A DNA stretch of 64,000 bases from Macrostomum lignano (taxonomy: Eukaryota), in assembly GCA_002269645.1 (NCBI GenBank), contig NIVC01003194.1:78634-142633 (forward strand). Direction: 5' to 3'. The position numbers and the translations under genes were made by a program. The notes beneath the pieces are model-generated. The model saw only the letters and a list, made by a program, of their open reading frames with translations, made no database searches and was not told the origin of the DNA. Positions 34,819 through 46,699 of this stretch are shown here, one piece after another (the first letter of the stretch is position 1; every line of letters begins with the position of its first letter).

Positions 34819-37800
34819 TCAACGATTGCCACCTCTGATCCAATCGAACAGCTGCTCCTGAGCACAGCTGCTCAGGGCGGACAGCATTCGAATAGCTCCG
34901 GTGTCCATCGATTTATCCAGACCGCGAGACAGCCGGTGCTTCATCACCGATACGAATTCTTTGTTGCTGAGGTACCCGTCGCCGTCTTCGTCAAACAGGA
35001 CAAAGACGACGTCCAGTAGGTGACTGTCCAGCTCGATGCTCGCCACGGTAACAGCCATGTGCCGAAATGTGGCCTTGTCGATGGAGGCGCCAGCTGTCCA
35101 TTTAGAGTTGAAAAAATGAGAATAAATTTAATCAAAATGTCTGTTTAAAATTGCTTATTGAAGTTACTGAGGATCTGGGAGGCTGGCCCAGCAGCTGAGG
35201 ATCTGGGAGGCCGGCCCAGCAACTGACACTCTGGAAGGCTGGCCCAGCAGCTGAGGATCTGGGAGGCTGGCCCAGCAGCTGAGGATCTGGGAGCTGGCCC
35301 AGCAACTGAGGATCTGGAGGCTGGCCCAGCAGCTGAGGATCTGGGAGGCTGGCCCAGCAGCTGAGGATCTGGAGGCTGGCCCAGCAGCAACTAAGGATCT
35401 GGGAGGCTGGCCCAGCAACTGAGGATCTGGGAGGCTGGCCCAGCAGCAACTGAGGATCTGGGAGGCTGGCCCAGCAACTACTGAGGATCTGGGAGGCTGG
35501 CCCAGCAACTACTGAGGATCTGGGAGGCTGGCCCAGCAACTACTGAGGATCTGGGAGGCCGGCTCAGCAGCAACTGAGGAATCTGGGAGGCTGGCCCAGC
35601 AGCTGAGGATCTGGGAGGCTGGCCAGCAGCTGAGGATCTGGGAGGCCGGCTCAGCAGCAACTGAGGAATCTGGGAGGCTGGCCCAGCAGCTGAGGATCTG
35701 GGAGGCCGGCTCAGCAGTAACTGAGGATCTGGGAGGCTGGCCCAGCAGCAACTGAGGATCTGGGAGGCTGGCCCAGTAACTGGGGATCTGGGAGGCTGGC
35801 CCAGCAGCTGAGGATCTGGGAGGGCAGCTGAGGATCTGGGAGGGCAGCTGAGGATCTGGGAGGGCAGCAGAGAAGCTCAAGGAGACGCTGAGGCGAGCTC
35901 ACAGATGTGGTGAAACGTGAGCGCGGTGTCCACGTCAGCGATGGACTTCAGCAGGCGGGAGAACTCGGCGTACTGCTTGAACGAGATGCCCTGGCGCCGC
36001 CAGAGCCGAATGCCTCTCGAACGCGGCGCAGCATTCTGCGCTTTTTAATGTCCGGGAAACCGGCGTAAGCGATGAGGAGGCGAGCGAAGCTGAGCTCGGT
36101 GATGCAGTCGCGCTGATCTGGCCGGTAGCGATCGAACTCGATTCGATTCAGTTCGCGTTGTAGTCGGGCCTGGACGAGAAATAAAATCGATTGGTTGATT
36201 TATGCAATATGATTTTAATAATGACTGATCATTCTTTGACAGCTATAGTCGCATCGGAGTCATAATTCTCGACATCATTCTTGGGACCGAAACAATGCAT
36301 TGCACTGCATCAGATATGATTCAATAATGACTCAGATCCGTCAGATGTGACTCACTACTGACCCAGGTGTGACTCACTACTGACCCAGATGTGACTCACT
36401 ACTGACCCAGGTGTGACTCACTACTGACCCAGATGTGACTCACTACTGACCCAGATGTGACTCACTACTGACCCAGGTGTGACTCACTACTGACCCAGAT
36501 GTGACTCACTACTGACCCAGGTGTGACTAACTACTGAACCAGGTGACTCACCACTGAAGAGTTAATTGTGGCTCATCAATGACTCACTGAGATGTGACTC
36601 ATGACTCAACTGATTCCGTAGCAATCAAAAAATGCTTGTAGATACACGGGATCAGAGGTGCAATTCTAGCTGCATTAAAGCCAGTTAGATTTCAACTATC
36701 TAACAGAACTGCACACTGAACACCAACCTGAAAGTCCAGCATCCGAGCAATGCTCAGTAATCCATGACCAGATTGGCCAAAAAAGTAACACGCCAAGGCG
36801 GAGTTCAATTCGGGTTTCAGCGTACTGCCAGTCACGCTGTGATCCCGGTGACGCTTGCCAACATTGGTCTGGTCGCGAAGGATTGTCTGAAGATTAAGAC
36901 AAGGGTTATGGGTGTGCGCAGGGCTCCTTTAGGCCCTAACAGAGATTCAATCTTAAACCTGTTTAATTACCAACACATTTTTGGTTATTAGTGACACCTC
37001 AAGTTAATCCTTGGTAATACATGAAGCCTATTACTGGTAATATTTGAAGCCTATTACTGGTAATATTTGAAGCCTATTACTGGTAATATTTGAAGCCTAT
37101 TACTGGTAATATTTGAAGCCTATTACTGGTAATACATGAAGCCTATTACTGGTAATACCTGAAGCCTATTACTGGTAATACCTGAAGTCTGTTGCTGGTA
37201 ATACCTGAAGCTCATTACTAGTAATACCTGAAGTCTATTACTGGTAATACCTGAAGCTCATTACTGGTAATACCTGAAGCTCATTACTGGTAATACCTGA
37301 AGTCTATTACTGGTAATACCTGAAGTCTATTACTGGTAATACCTGAAGTCTGTTGCTGGTAATACCTGAAGCTCATTACTGGTAATACCTGAAGTCTATT
37401 ACTGGTAATACCTGAAGTCTATTGCTGGTAATACCGCAAGCTACGAGTACATACATAGGCTACCTGAAGTTTATTTTATGCGCCATCTGAAGCCAAGTTT
37501 GACACTTCAAAGACTTCTATTCTCGTAATTATCTCAGCAAAAAATAGCAAAATTTACTAGTTATACTACTGATAAGAAAGAAAGTTTTCTCAGAGACAAA
37601 CCTGCACGTGCATAAAGTCGTCAATATCCAAATTCCCGTCCGCATTGGAGTCGAACATGCGAAAAGCAATCTCAAATTGCCTGGGCGGAGTGCTAAGCAC
37701 GGTGAGTAGGAATATGTAGTCACTAAACGAGATTAAAGCTTCGTTGCCGAGAGTTCGAAATACCGAATCTCGAGGTCGAAGTTCGAACAGGCGAGCCGGC

Positions 37801-38966
37801 TTCTCAATTGCCGGGTCGTAGCGTTCGAAGGAATCGAGCCCGAGACCTTCGGGTTGACGAACACCCGGAGTCAGGCTGCGAACAAAATCTGCCGGAGTCA
37901 TGAATATCTGAGGGGACGGATTGTGAGAGCATGAGGGACTTGAAGTCTTAGTTTGGGGATTCGGGAACCCCTAAAACCTGGGGATCTGGGAAATCCCAAA
38001 ACATGAAGGTCTGGAAAACCCAAAAAACCTGAGGATCTGGGAAATCCCAAAACCTGAGGATCTGGGAAATCCCCAAACCTGAGGATCTGGGAAATCCCAA
38101 AACTTGAGAATCTGGGAAATCCCAAAGCCTGAGAATCTGGGAAACTCCAAAGCCTGAGGATCTGGGAAATCCCAAAACTTGAGAATCTGGGAAATCCGAA
38201 AACCTGAGAATCTGGGAAATCCCAAAGCCTGAGAATCTGGGAAACTCCCAAAACCTAAGGATCTGGGAAATCCCCAGAAGACCTGAGGATCTGGGAAAAC
38301 CCAAACCCGAGATCTGGGAAATCCTAAAACCTGAGAATCTGGGAAACCCCAAAACCTGAGAATCTGGAAAATCCCAAAACCTAAAATCTGGGAAATCCCA
38401 AAACCTAAAATCTGGGAAATCCTAAAACCTAAAATCTGGGTAATCCTAAAACATGAAGGTCTGGGAAACCCCAAAAACCTGAGAATCTGGGAAATCCCAA
38501 AATCTGAGAATCTGGCAAATCCAGAGCCTGAGAATCTGGGAAACTCCAAAGCCTTAGGATCTGGGAAATCCCAAAACCTGAGGATCTGGGAAACCCCAAA
38601 ACCTGAGAATCTGGAAAATCCCAAAACCTGAGAGTCCGAGAAACGCAAAATAACCCGAGGATGTGGGATTTTCAAACAGAAGCAAAAGAAATCCCAATCA
38701 CTAACAGTGGTGTTGCCATCAGAATCAACAGTCTGCAGCGTGGCAAAGTAGCGAAATATTTTGTCTGGCGTGCTGTAAGCTCGGATTCGGTCCTCGTAAG
38801 CAATTATTCGACGCTCGCGAAAGCCCAGCCTCTTTCGCTTCGAAGCGGCAGCCTCATTATTGGTTACATTTTCGTCCTCTTTAGACAGTTCCTTGGCCTG
38901 AACAACTCGACGAAAAGCGAGGACAAGACCGCCAAAAGTTACAGCTGCAACAGTGGCGGCGGCCAA
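34819..38966 (-). CDS. MICU1: Mitochondrial calcium uptake protein 1 (EF-hand); 5' end unresolved; one internal 1-nt frameshift
   Basis: Exons from at least 38966 to 38706, then 37907-37602, 36886-36728, 36169-35903 and 35093-34819. Motifs [61 protein letters not shown] and [15 protein letters not shown]. Exon 4 is 267 nt where its phases require 3n+1. Confidence 0.88.
35167..35870. repeat. Minisatellite, about 28 bp unit (ctgaggatctgggaggctggcccagcag)
   Basis: MICU1 intron 4. Confidence 0.95.
36345..36545. repeat. Minisatellite, 23 bp unit (gtgtgactcactactgacccaga)
   Basis: MICU1 intron 3. Confidence 0.9.
37010..37435. repeat. Minisatellite, 23 bp unit (taatacctgaagtctattactgg)
   Basis: MICU1 intron 2. 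Confidence 0.9.
37975..38640. repeat. Minisatellite, about 25 bp unit (ctgaggatctgggaaatcccaaaac)
   Basis: MICU1 intron 1. Confidence 0.9.
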
Positions 38967-39334
38967 CCCCAGACCCGTTCGCCTTGGCCTTTGATCTTCG
39001 CCGCCGCAGTAATTGGCAGTGTCCTCAGTCCCGCCACTATCGCATTGGCATATTGACTCCTAATTGGCGATGAGTGGCAAAGTTTAATCGGCTGCCTATT
39101 GATTATCGAGATAATTGCGCCTATTTGATTAAATAATTTATTCTGACCGCGTGCAGAGGCAGCCGTAGCCGCTGTAACTTTTATGAGGCCGCGCATGCAA
39201 TAATAAATAGGCCGCAATATTATTATTACGGTTTATGAGCATTATAATATTGAGGAGTAAGGCACGGTTCTCTTATCGCCCTGTACAAATTGAAGTCGAT
39301 TACCTGATTCCTACCCATCCAGAGCCTGTACAGT

Positions 39335-40150
39335 TACTTTCTTATTCATCTAGAGCCTCTACAGTCTCTTTCTCATCCATCTAGAGCCTCTACTGTCAGT
39401 TTCTCATCCATCTAGAGCCTTTGTAGTCCCTTTCTCATCCATCTAGAGCCTCTACTGTCAGTTTCTCATCCATCTAGAGCCTCTACTGTCAGTTTCTCAT
39501 CCATCTAGAGCCTCTACTGTCAGTTTCTCATCCATCTAGAGCCTCTACTGTCAGTTTCTCATCCATCTAGAGCCTCTACTGTCAGTTTCTCATCCATCTA
39601 GAGCCTCTACTGTCAGTTTCTCATCCATCTAGAGCCTCTACTGTCAGTTTCTCATCCATCTAGAGCCTCTACTGTCAGTTGCTCATCGTTCAAAAGCCTC
39701 TACAGTCTCTTGCTTATCCATCTAGAGCCTCTACTGTCATTTTCTCATCCATCTAGAGCCTCTACTGTCATTTTCTCATCCATCTAGAGCCTCTACTGTC
39801 ATTTTCTCATCCATCTAGAGCCTCTACTGTCATTTTCTCATCCATCTAGAGCCTCTACTGTCATTTTCTCATCCATCTAGAGCCTCTACTGTCATTTTCT
39901 CATCCATCTAGAGCCTCTACTGTCAGTTTCTCATCGTTCAAAAGCCTCTACAGTCTCTTGCTTATCCATCTAGAGCCTCTACTGTCATTTTCTCATCCAT
40001 CTAGAGCCTCTACTGTCATTTTCTCATCCATCTAGAGCCTCTACTGTCAGTTTCTCATCGTTCAAAAGCCTCTACAGTCTCTTTCTTATCCATCTAGAGC
40101 CTCTATTGTCAGTTTCTCATCCATCTAAAGCCTCTATAGTCCCTTTCTCA
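39335..40150. repeat. Minisatellite, 31 bp unit (tttctcatccatctagagcctctactgtcag)
   Basis: Between the zinc-finger gene and MICU1. Confidence 0.95.
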
Positions 40151-40599
40151 TTTATCATCAATCTTCCCTCTCCATAGTCCCTTTCTCATTTATCTAGAGT
40201 CTCTATAGTCGGGATCTCATTCATCTTAACTGTAATACTTCATGCCCCTTTGCGTCCGTTTCTTATGTCTTATGAGAAGTAAAAAATTCGCATTATCCTA
40301 TAAAACTTTTCTTAATTAATTTTCCTGCTAGTTAATATCAAGCCCTTATAATAATAAATGCGATATTGATCTCAACAGCGAAAATCAAGAAAGCCGTCAT
40401 CAATATTAAAGCGAGGAACATACATACCTGTACACTAGACTGTGTGCTTGCTATATGTTTATTTTTAAAAACATACAAATATACAAATTACTTGACAATG
40501 ACACCAACAAAAGCGTAGATGAGGTAAGCTTTACCTATTTTTGTTCACTGACTATTAAGTATAGAAATCTTCGATTGGTTTGAGTGCCTAGGCAGCAAT

Positions 40600-43025
40600 C
40601 TAGGTGGGACAATAGGTTTTCACGGTAACCTTAGCAACAGGCGACGCCGTTAAAACCGGTGCTTCACCAATCGAGACGGACACAGGTAAACCAGCAGGTA
40701 AACTAGGATTAATATCCTCTTCTTCATCAACAATACTATCGGCATCTTCTAAATCGTCCATGTCAATTTCGTGATGGTCACCTGTGAGCAGTAGTGCTCC
40801 AGTCTGCTGCTCCTGCTGCCGCTGTTGCTCCTGCTGCGACAGCATGTGCTGCCTAATATGCCAGGTGCAAGAATACTTACAGGTGAATGGCTTAGCGCAA
40901 ATAGTGCACTTGTACCGAACGCCCAGGTGACTATTCATATGCCGTTTCACCTGGTAGGAGGTGAAAAATGATTTGCCGCAAATTTCGCAACGAAAAAATC
41001 GACCGCCAGTGTGCGTGTGAAAGTGCCGGGTCAGGTTGCCGATCCATTTGAACGGCTTGGAGCAGGCTGGGCACAGGTAATACCGGATGCCGTTCACCTC
41101 CTGCTGTTGCACCTGCACCGGGCGAATGGGGATTGCTATTCCGACTGATTTAACTGGTTAATTTAACATTCTGCTTTAGGGACTGGGATCTTGGGTTTAT
41201 AGGGACTGGGATCTTGTGTTTATAGGGACTGGGATCTTGGGTTTATAGGGACTGGGATTTTGGGTTTATAGGGACTGGGATCTTGGGTTTATAGGGACTG
41301 GGATCTTGGGTTTATAGGGACTGGGATCTTGGGTTTATAGGGACTGGGATCTTGGGTTTATAGGGACTGGGATCTTGGGTTTATAGGGACTGGGATTTGG
41401 GTTTATAGGGACTGGGATCTTGGGTTTATAGGGACTGGGATCTTGGGTTTATAGGGACTGGGATCTTGGGTTTATAGGGACTGGGATCTTGGGTTTATAG
41501 GGACTGGGATTTGGGATTTATAGGGACTGGGATCTTGGGTTTATAGGGACTGGGATCTTGGGTTAATAGGGACTGGGATCTGGGGTTTATAGGGACTGGG
41601 ATCTTTGATTCATAGGAACTGGGATCTTGGGTTTATAGGGACTGGGATCCTGGGTTTATAGGAACTGGGATCTTGGGTTTATAGGGACTGGGATCTTGGG
41701 TTTATAGGAACTGGGATCTTGGGTTTATAGGAACTGGGATCTTGGGTTTATAGGGACTGGGATCTTGGGTTTATAGGAACTGGGATCTTGGGTTTATAGG
41801 GACTGGATACTCCTTATCTATTAATAAGGAGTTAGAGATAACAAGATCTTGGGTTTATAGGAACTGGGATCTTGGGTTTATAGGGACTGGGATCTTGGGT
41901 TTATAGGAACTGGGATCTTGGGTTTATAGGGACTGGGATCTTGGGTTTATAGGGAATGGGATCTTAGGTTGATAGGGAATGGGATCTTAGGTTTATAGGG
42001 AATGGGATCTTAGGTTTATAGGGACTGGGAGCTTGGGATTATAACTACTGGGATCTTGGGTTTATAGGGACTGGGAGCTTGGGATTATAACTACTGGGAT
42101 CTTGGGTTTATAGGGACTGGGAGCTTGGGATTATAACTACTGGGATCTTAGGTTTATAGGGACTGGGAGCTTGGGATTATAACTACTGGGATCTTGGGTT
42201 TATAGGGATTGGGATCTTGGGATTATAGGGGCTGGGATTTTGGGTTTATAGGGACTGGAATTTTGGGTTTATAGGGACTGGAATTGCGGGTTTATAAGGA
42301 CAGGGATTTTGAGTTTATATGGAATGGAATTTCAGGTTTATCCAGACAGGGATTTTGTGTTTATAAGGTTTATATACCTGCTGCCTGCTCAGCTGTTTCC
42401 GCCTAGGCGCACAGATATGATGCTCCAACGAATACAGATTGCGAAAATGCTTGCCACACTTGGAGCACTGCAGCATCTTTGGCGGCACCTTAGTCGAGCT
42501 GAACTGATCCGATGACGCGGCGAGTTTCGGAGAGATTGGCGTAGGCAGCGGAGTCATTGTTGTACTACCTGACGAGACCCCTTCCGGACCGAGACTGTAC
42601 CGGAGCAAGCGACTCTGCCTACCAGACGATGCTGACAAGCCTTGGCCAACTCTGCCGCTGTCAATGACTAGATGAGTGAATGACTGCGACGCTGCAGATG
42701 TGCCAGCCTGTAGCTGCCTGCCAGACCCAGGAGCCACGTCCATGACTGGATCGCAGCCCATATCGTCAATCCAGAAAGACTCGCCATAGATGTCAGCGCC
42801 GCTGTTTGAGTCTTCTTGAGCACCGGCGCTAGACAATGATGACAATGTAGCAGTAGCAGTAGTCGATGGTTGAGAAGCTTCAGGAGCGGCAGCAGTAGCG
42901 GAACTGGATACTGATGGTTTCCGTACAATAGTAAACACTGGACGAGAGGAGCCGTCAGGATTGGCAGTTCGTCTAACCACTAGCATGTCGCTAGTGGGAA
43001 CCGGCATCTGCTGCTGTTCAGTCAT
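40600..43025 (-). CDS. C2H2 zinc-finger protein, 2 exons, about 386 aa
   Basis: Exons 43025-42378 and 41112-40600 (GT-AG, phase 0). Three tandem C2H2 fingers (CPACSKPF..LTRHFHTH, TGGRF linker, CEICGKSF..KRHMNSH, CTICAKPF..WHIRQH) plus a C2HC-like finger at the end of exon 1. Confidence 0.85.
41178..42310. repeat. Minisatellite, 23 bp unit (gggactgggatcttgggtttata)
   Basis: Fills the zinc-finger gene intron. Confidence 0.95.
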
Positions 43026-43194
43026 CGATTTCCTTAACTCTGCTGTTTACTGTAGGTAATAGATAAGGAGTATCCTTTAAAAATTTACAAATTGACAAAT
43101 TTTAAAACGCATGTATAATATTCAGAGCTCTTCTAAATGGTGGGTGCACGTTGGAGTAGTGGGGCTTTACTAATTGAAACGAGTGTACATTGGC

Positions 43195-43700
43195 GGCTTG
43201 CTAATTAGAGAGCGATTGGACATTGGGAGATGACTAATTGGAGAGCGAGTGTACATTGGGGGAGGGGGTTGACTAATTGGAGAGCGAGTGTATATTGGGG
43301 GAGGGGGTTGATTAATTGGAGAGCGAATGTACATTGGGGGAGGGGGTTGACTAATTGGAGAGCGAGTGTACATTGGGGGAGGGGTTGACTAATTGGAGAG
43401 CGAGTGTACATTGGGGAGGGGGTTGACTAACTGGAGAGCGAGTGTACATTGGGGGAGGGGGTTGACTAATTGGAGAGCGAGTGTACATTGGGGGAGGTGG
43501 TTGACTAATTGCCGTAATTGGAGAGCAAATGTACATTGGGGGAAGGGGTTGACTAATTGGAGAGCAAATGTACATTGGGGGAATGGGTTGACTAATTGGA
43601 GAGCAAATGTACATTGGGGGAAGGGGTTGACTAATTAGAGAGAAAATGTACATTGGCGGAAGGGGTTGACTAATTGGAGAGCAAGAGCAAGTGTACATTT
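43195..43700. repeat. Minisatellite, about 39 bp unit (ttgactaattggagagcgagtgtacattgggggagggg)
   Basis: Upstream of the zinc-finger gene. Confidence 0.9.
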
Positions 43701-44439
43701 AGAGTGTACATTACGAGTGTAGTGACTAATTGGAAAGCGAGTGCACATAAGATACTTAAATAATAGTTCACGAAATTTAAGAAGCATAAAAATGAATTCA
43801 ACACGGAAGGCAATGATTTGACAGGCAAGATTTGCCTAATTTAACAAAAAAACTATTTGAATACTAAAAGAACCCTTATACTGATACTAAACACCACGTA
43901 GGAGCTTTAATAAATTAGTGAAAATAATAAAATTTATGCAATACTACGAGTAAGAATACTATCGATTTTTAAGCAATAAAATATCGCAAATAGTGCATGG
44001 CTTAGTAGAAAGTGCAGCAAAATAACTATTGCTGAATATATTAGTAAAATACAATACTATGTTTACTGACAAAAGTCAGTCTAAAGTGTAAGATTATTGT
44101 TCTTAGAAGTTCTTAGAAGTTACATAGAAATACTATATGTAAACTTTAAACAGACTCATTGTGTTGTAAGCTTAGCACGATCAAATGCATCGCGAAAGCA
44201 TAACGATTGAAAAAAATGTTAAAGTAAATATTCTCACGAATGATTATAAAGTTTGTGAAAATGTCACTGCGAGTGATCTTTTGGAAAAAAAAACAAAATC
44301 ATTCAAAGGTGAGTGCAGGAGGTCGGTCAGTAAATTGAGTTGACAATTTATTTCCTGACCTTTAGCATGTCTTAACCCTACTCCGAAATAAAGAATAACA
44401 AAATAATTAGTATAGCAGTTTATGAAATGCTACAAAATA

Positions 44440-45626
44440 CATCACTCAGCCTCAAAGCTACTAATCACTCAGCCTCAAAGCTACTAATCACTCAGCCTCA
44501 AAGCTACTAATCACTCAGCCCCAAAGCTACTAATCACTCAGCCAAAGCTACTTATCACTCAACCAAAGCTACTAATCACTCAGCCAAAGCTACTAATCAC
44601 TCAGCCAAAGCTACTAATCACTCAGCCAAAGCTACTAATCACTCAGCCAAAGCTACTTATCACTCAACCAAAGCTACTAATCACTCAGCCAAAGCTACTT
44701 ATCACTCAGCCAAAGCTACTTATCACTCAACCAAAGCTACTTATCACTCAACCAAAGCTACTAATCACTCAGCCCCAAAGCTACAAATAACTCAGCCAAA
44801 GCTACTAATCACTCAGCCAAAGCTACTAATCACTCAGCCCCAAAGCTACTAATCACTCAGCCATAAGCTACAAATAACTCAGCCAAAGCTACAAATAACT
44901 CAGCCAAAGCTACTAATCACTCAGCCCCAAAGCTACTAATCACTCAGCCCCAAAGCTACTAATCACTCAGCCCCAAAGCTACTAATCACTCAGCCCCAAA
45001 GCTACTAATCACTCAGCCCCAAAGCTACTAATCACTCAGCCCCAAAGCTACTAATCACTCAGCCCCAAAGCTACTAATCACTCAGCCCCAAAGCTACTAA
45101 TCACTCAGCCAAAGCTACTTATCACTCAGCCAAAGCTACTTATCACTCAACCAAAGCTACTTATCACTCAACCAAAGCTACTAATCACTCAGCCCCAAAG
45201 CTACAAATAACTCAGCCAAAGCTACTAATCACTCAGCCAAAGCTACTAATCACTCAGCCCCCCAAAGCTACTAATCACTCAGCCATAAGCTACAAATAAC
45301 TCAGCCAAAGCTACAAATAACTCAGCCAAAGCTACAAATAACTCAGCCAAAGCTACAAATAACTCAGCCAAAGCTACAAATAACTCAGCCAAAGCTACTA
45401 ATCACTCAGCCCCAAAGCTACTAATCACTCAGCCCCAAAGCTACTAATCACTCAGCCCCAAAGCTACTAATCACTCAGCCCCAAAGCTACTAATCACTCA
45501 GCCCCAAAGCTACAAATAACTCAGCCAAAGCTACTAATCACTCAGCCAAAGCTACTAATCACTCAGCCAAAGCTACTAATCACTCAGCCAAAGCTACTAA
45601 TCACTCAGCCAAAGCCAATAACTCAG
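44440..45626. repeat. Minisatellite, 21/23 bp units (ccaaagctactaatcactcag)
   Basis: Abuts and overlaps the PRELID3 stop codon. Confidence 0.95.
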
Positions 45627-46192
45627 GACGAAGCATCAGCAGTGGTATCTGCTATTCGATTAGCAATGACCCACTCAATAGCCCTGGGACCTTTGGCAGC
45701 CATTCTGTCGTACACAAAATCTTCTAAAATAGTTTCCACTAGGCCACCAATAGGCCACCAAGGACAGCAGATTCTGGCAGACTGCTGCAGAACTGTCCTT
45801 TCTGTGGGATTGTCTGGATGAGGTTTATACTCCAAGCGTTCCTCAAGTGTGATGCCTCTGCTAAATGTAATATTCTTACTGTGCAATAGGTAACTCCTAG
45901 CTCTAGGATCTACCATAGTGTGCTCGCTACCGTACCAGACGTCAACATCCAGATCAATCAAGGAGTTAAACAGTCTGTAAAATCCTAGATTAGTCAACCG
46001 GTGTACCACACCTGTAAACAGCAGGCCGAATAATCTGTGAGTTCGAAGAATGCCGTCCTTACTGACTGACCGAGACACCACATCTTGGCTTAAAACGCCA
46101 TTAAACATTGGATTAGGATATTTATTCATAGCCGCTTCAACCACAGTCTCCCAGCTGTGCTCGAACACGTGGCTACGCTCCCACACTCGCAT
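45623..46192 (-). CDS. PRELID3: PRELI/MSF1 domain lipid-transfer protein (PRELID3/Slowmo-like), 189 aa, intronless
   Basis: MRVWERSHVFEHSWETVVEAAMNKYPNP, ERLEYKPHPDNPERTVLQQ and KGPRAIEWVI match the PRELI family. The true ATG is at 46192; the ORF track start at 46201 is a TTG. Confidence 0.88.
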   Translation of the reverse strand: MRVWERSHVFEHSWETVVEAAMNKYPNPMFNGVLSQDVVSRSVSKDGILRTHRLFGLLFTGVVHRLTNLGFYRLFNSLIDLDVDVWYGSEHTMVDPRARSYLLHSKNITFSRGITLEERLEYKPHPDNPTERTVLQQSARICCPWWPIGGLVETILEDFVYDRMAAKGPRAIEWVIANRIADTTADASS

Positions 46193-46699
46193 GGCTGCCA
46201 AATTAACATGAGATTTCTGAAAAGTAAGTAATAAAGTTGGTTTTGTTTATTTGTACCGTAGGATTAAAAAAATTATTTAACACCTAGCACCTTGCATTTT
46301 TTAATCGTCAGGGCATGTACCCTCTCAGTACCTTGGGGTTGGCCCAAATGGGTGTGACTGTGAATTACACAACCCACTGGCAAATTTTCGTACAGAAACT
46401 TTTCGTACCAGTCCACAAACTACAGATTTTTTGTCAACTAATGCTTTAAACCCCTATCTTAGCACTTTTACTTCTCATCTGAAGACAGAAAAAAATTAAT
46501 AAAAAAACAAAACATAATCAGAAGTCATTAGAAACTAAACAATAACAGCTAGCAGATTTAATAGAACCTAACAGTTCATATTTTATTGAAAAGTGACTAC
46601 ACAAGAATGCAAGCGATCCTGCAGTATCATTAACTTAAACTTAATTCGAAAAAAATCTAAAATCCTAGAATGGTAAAGTGTGTTTAGGATGCTGTTCAA

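Noticed and set aside
36653-36718. 66-bp imperfect inverted repeat in MICU1 intron 3
   Set aside because: The arms match over only about 14 nt with mismatches and there is no TSD; too weak to call an element.
45960-46030. Possible small intron in PRELID3 (gtgtgg...ttttacag)
   Set aside because: The candidate lengths (37, 35 and 32 nt) are not multiples of three, while the frame stays open and homologous on both sides.
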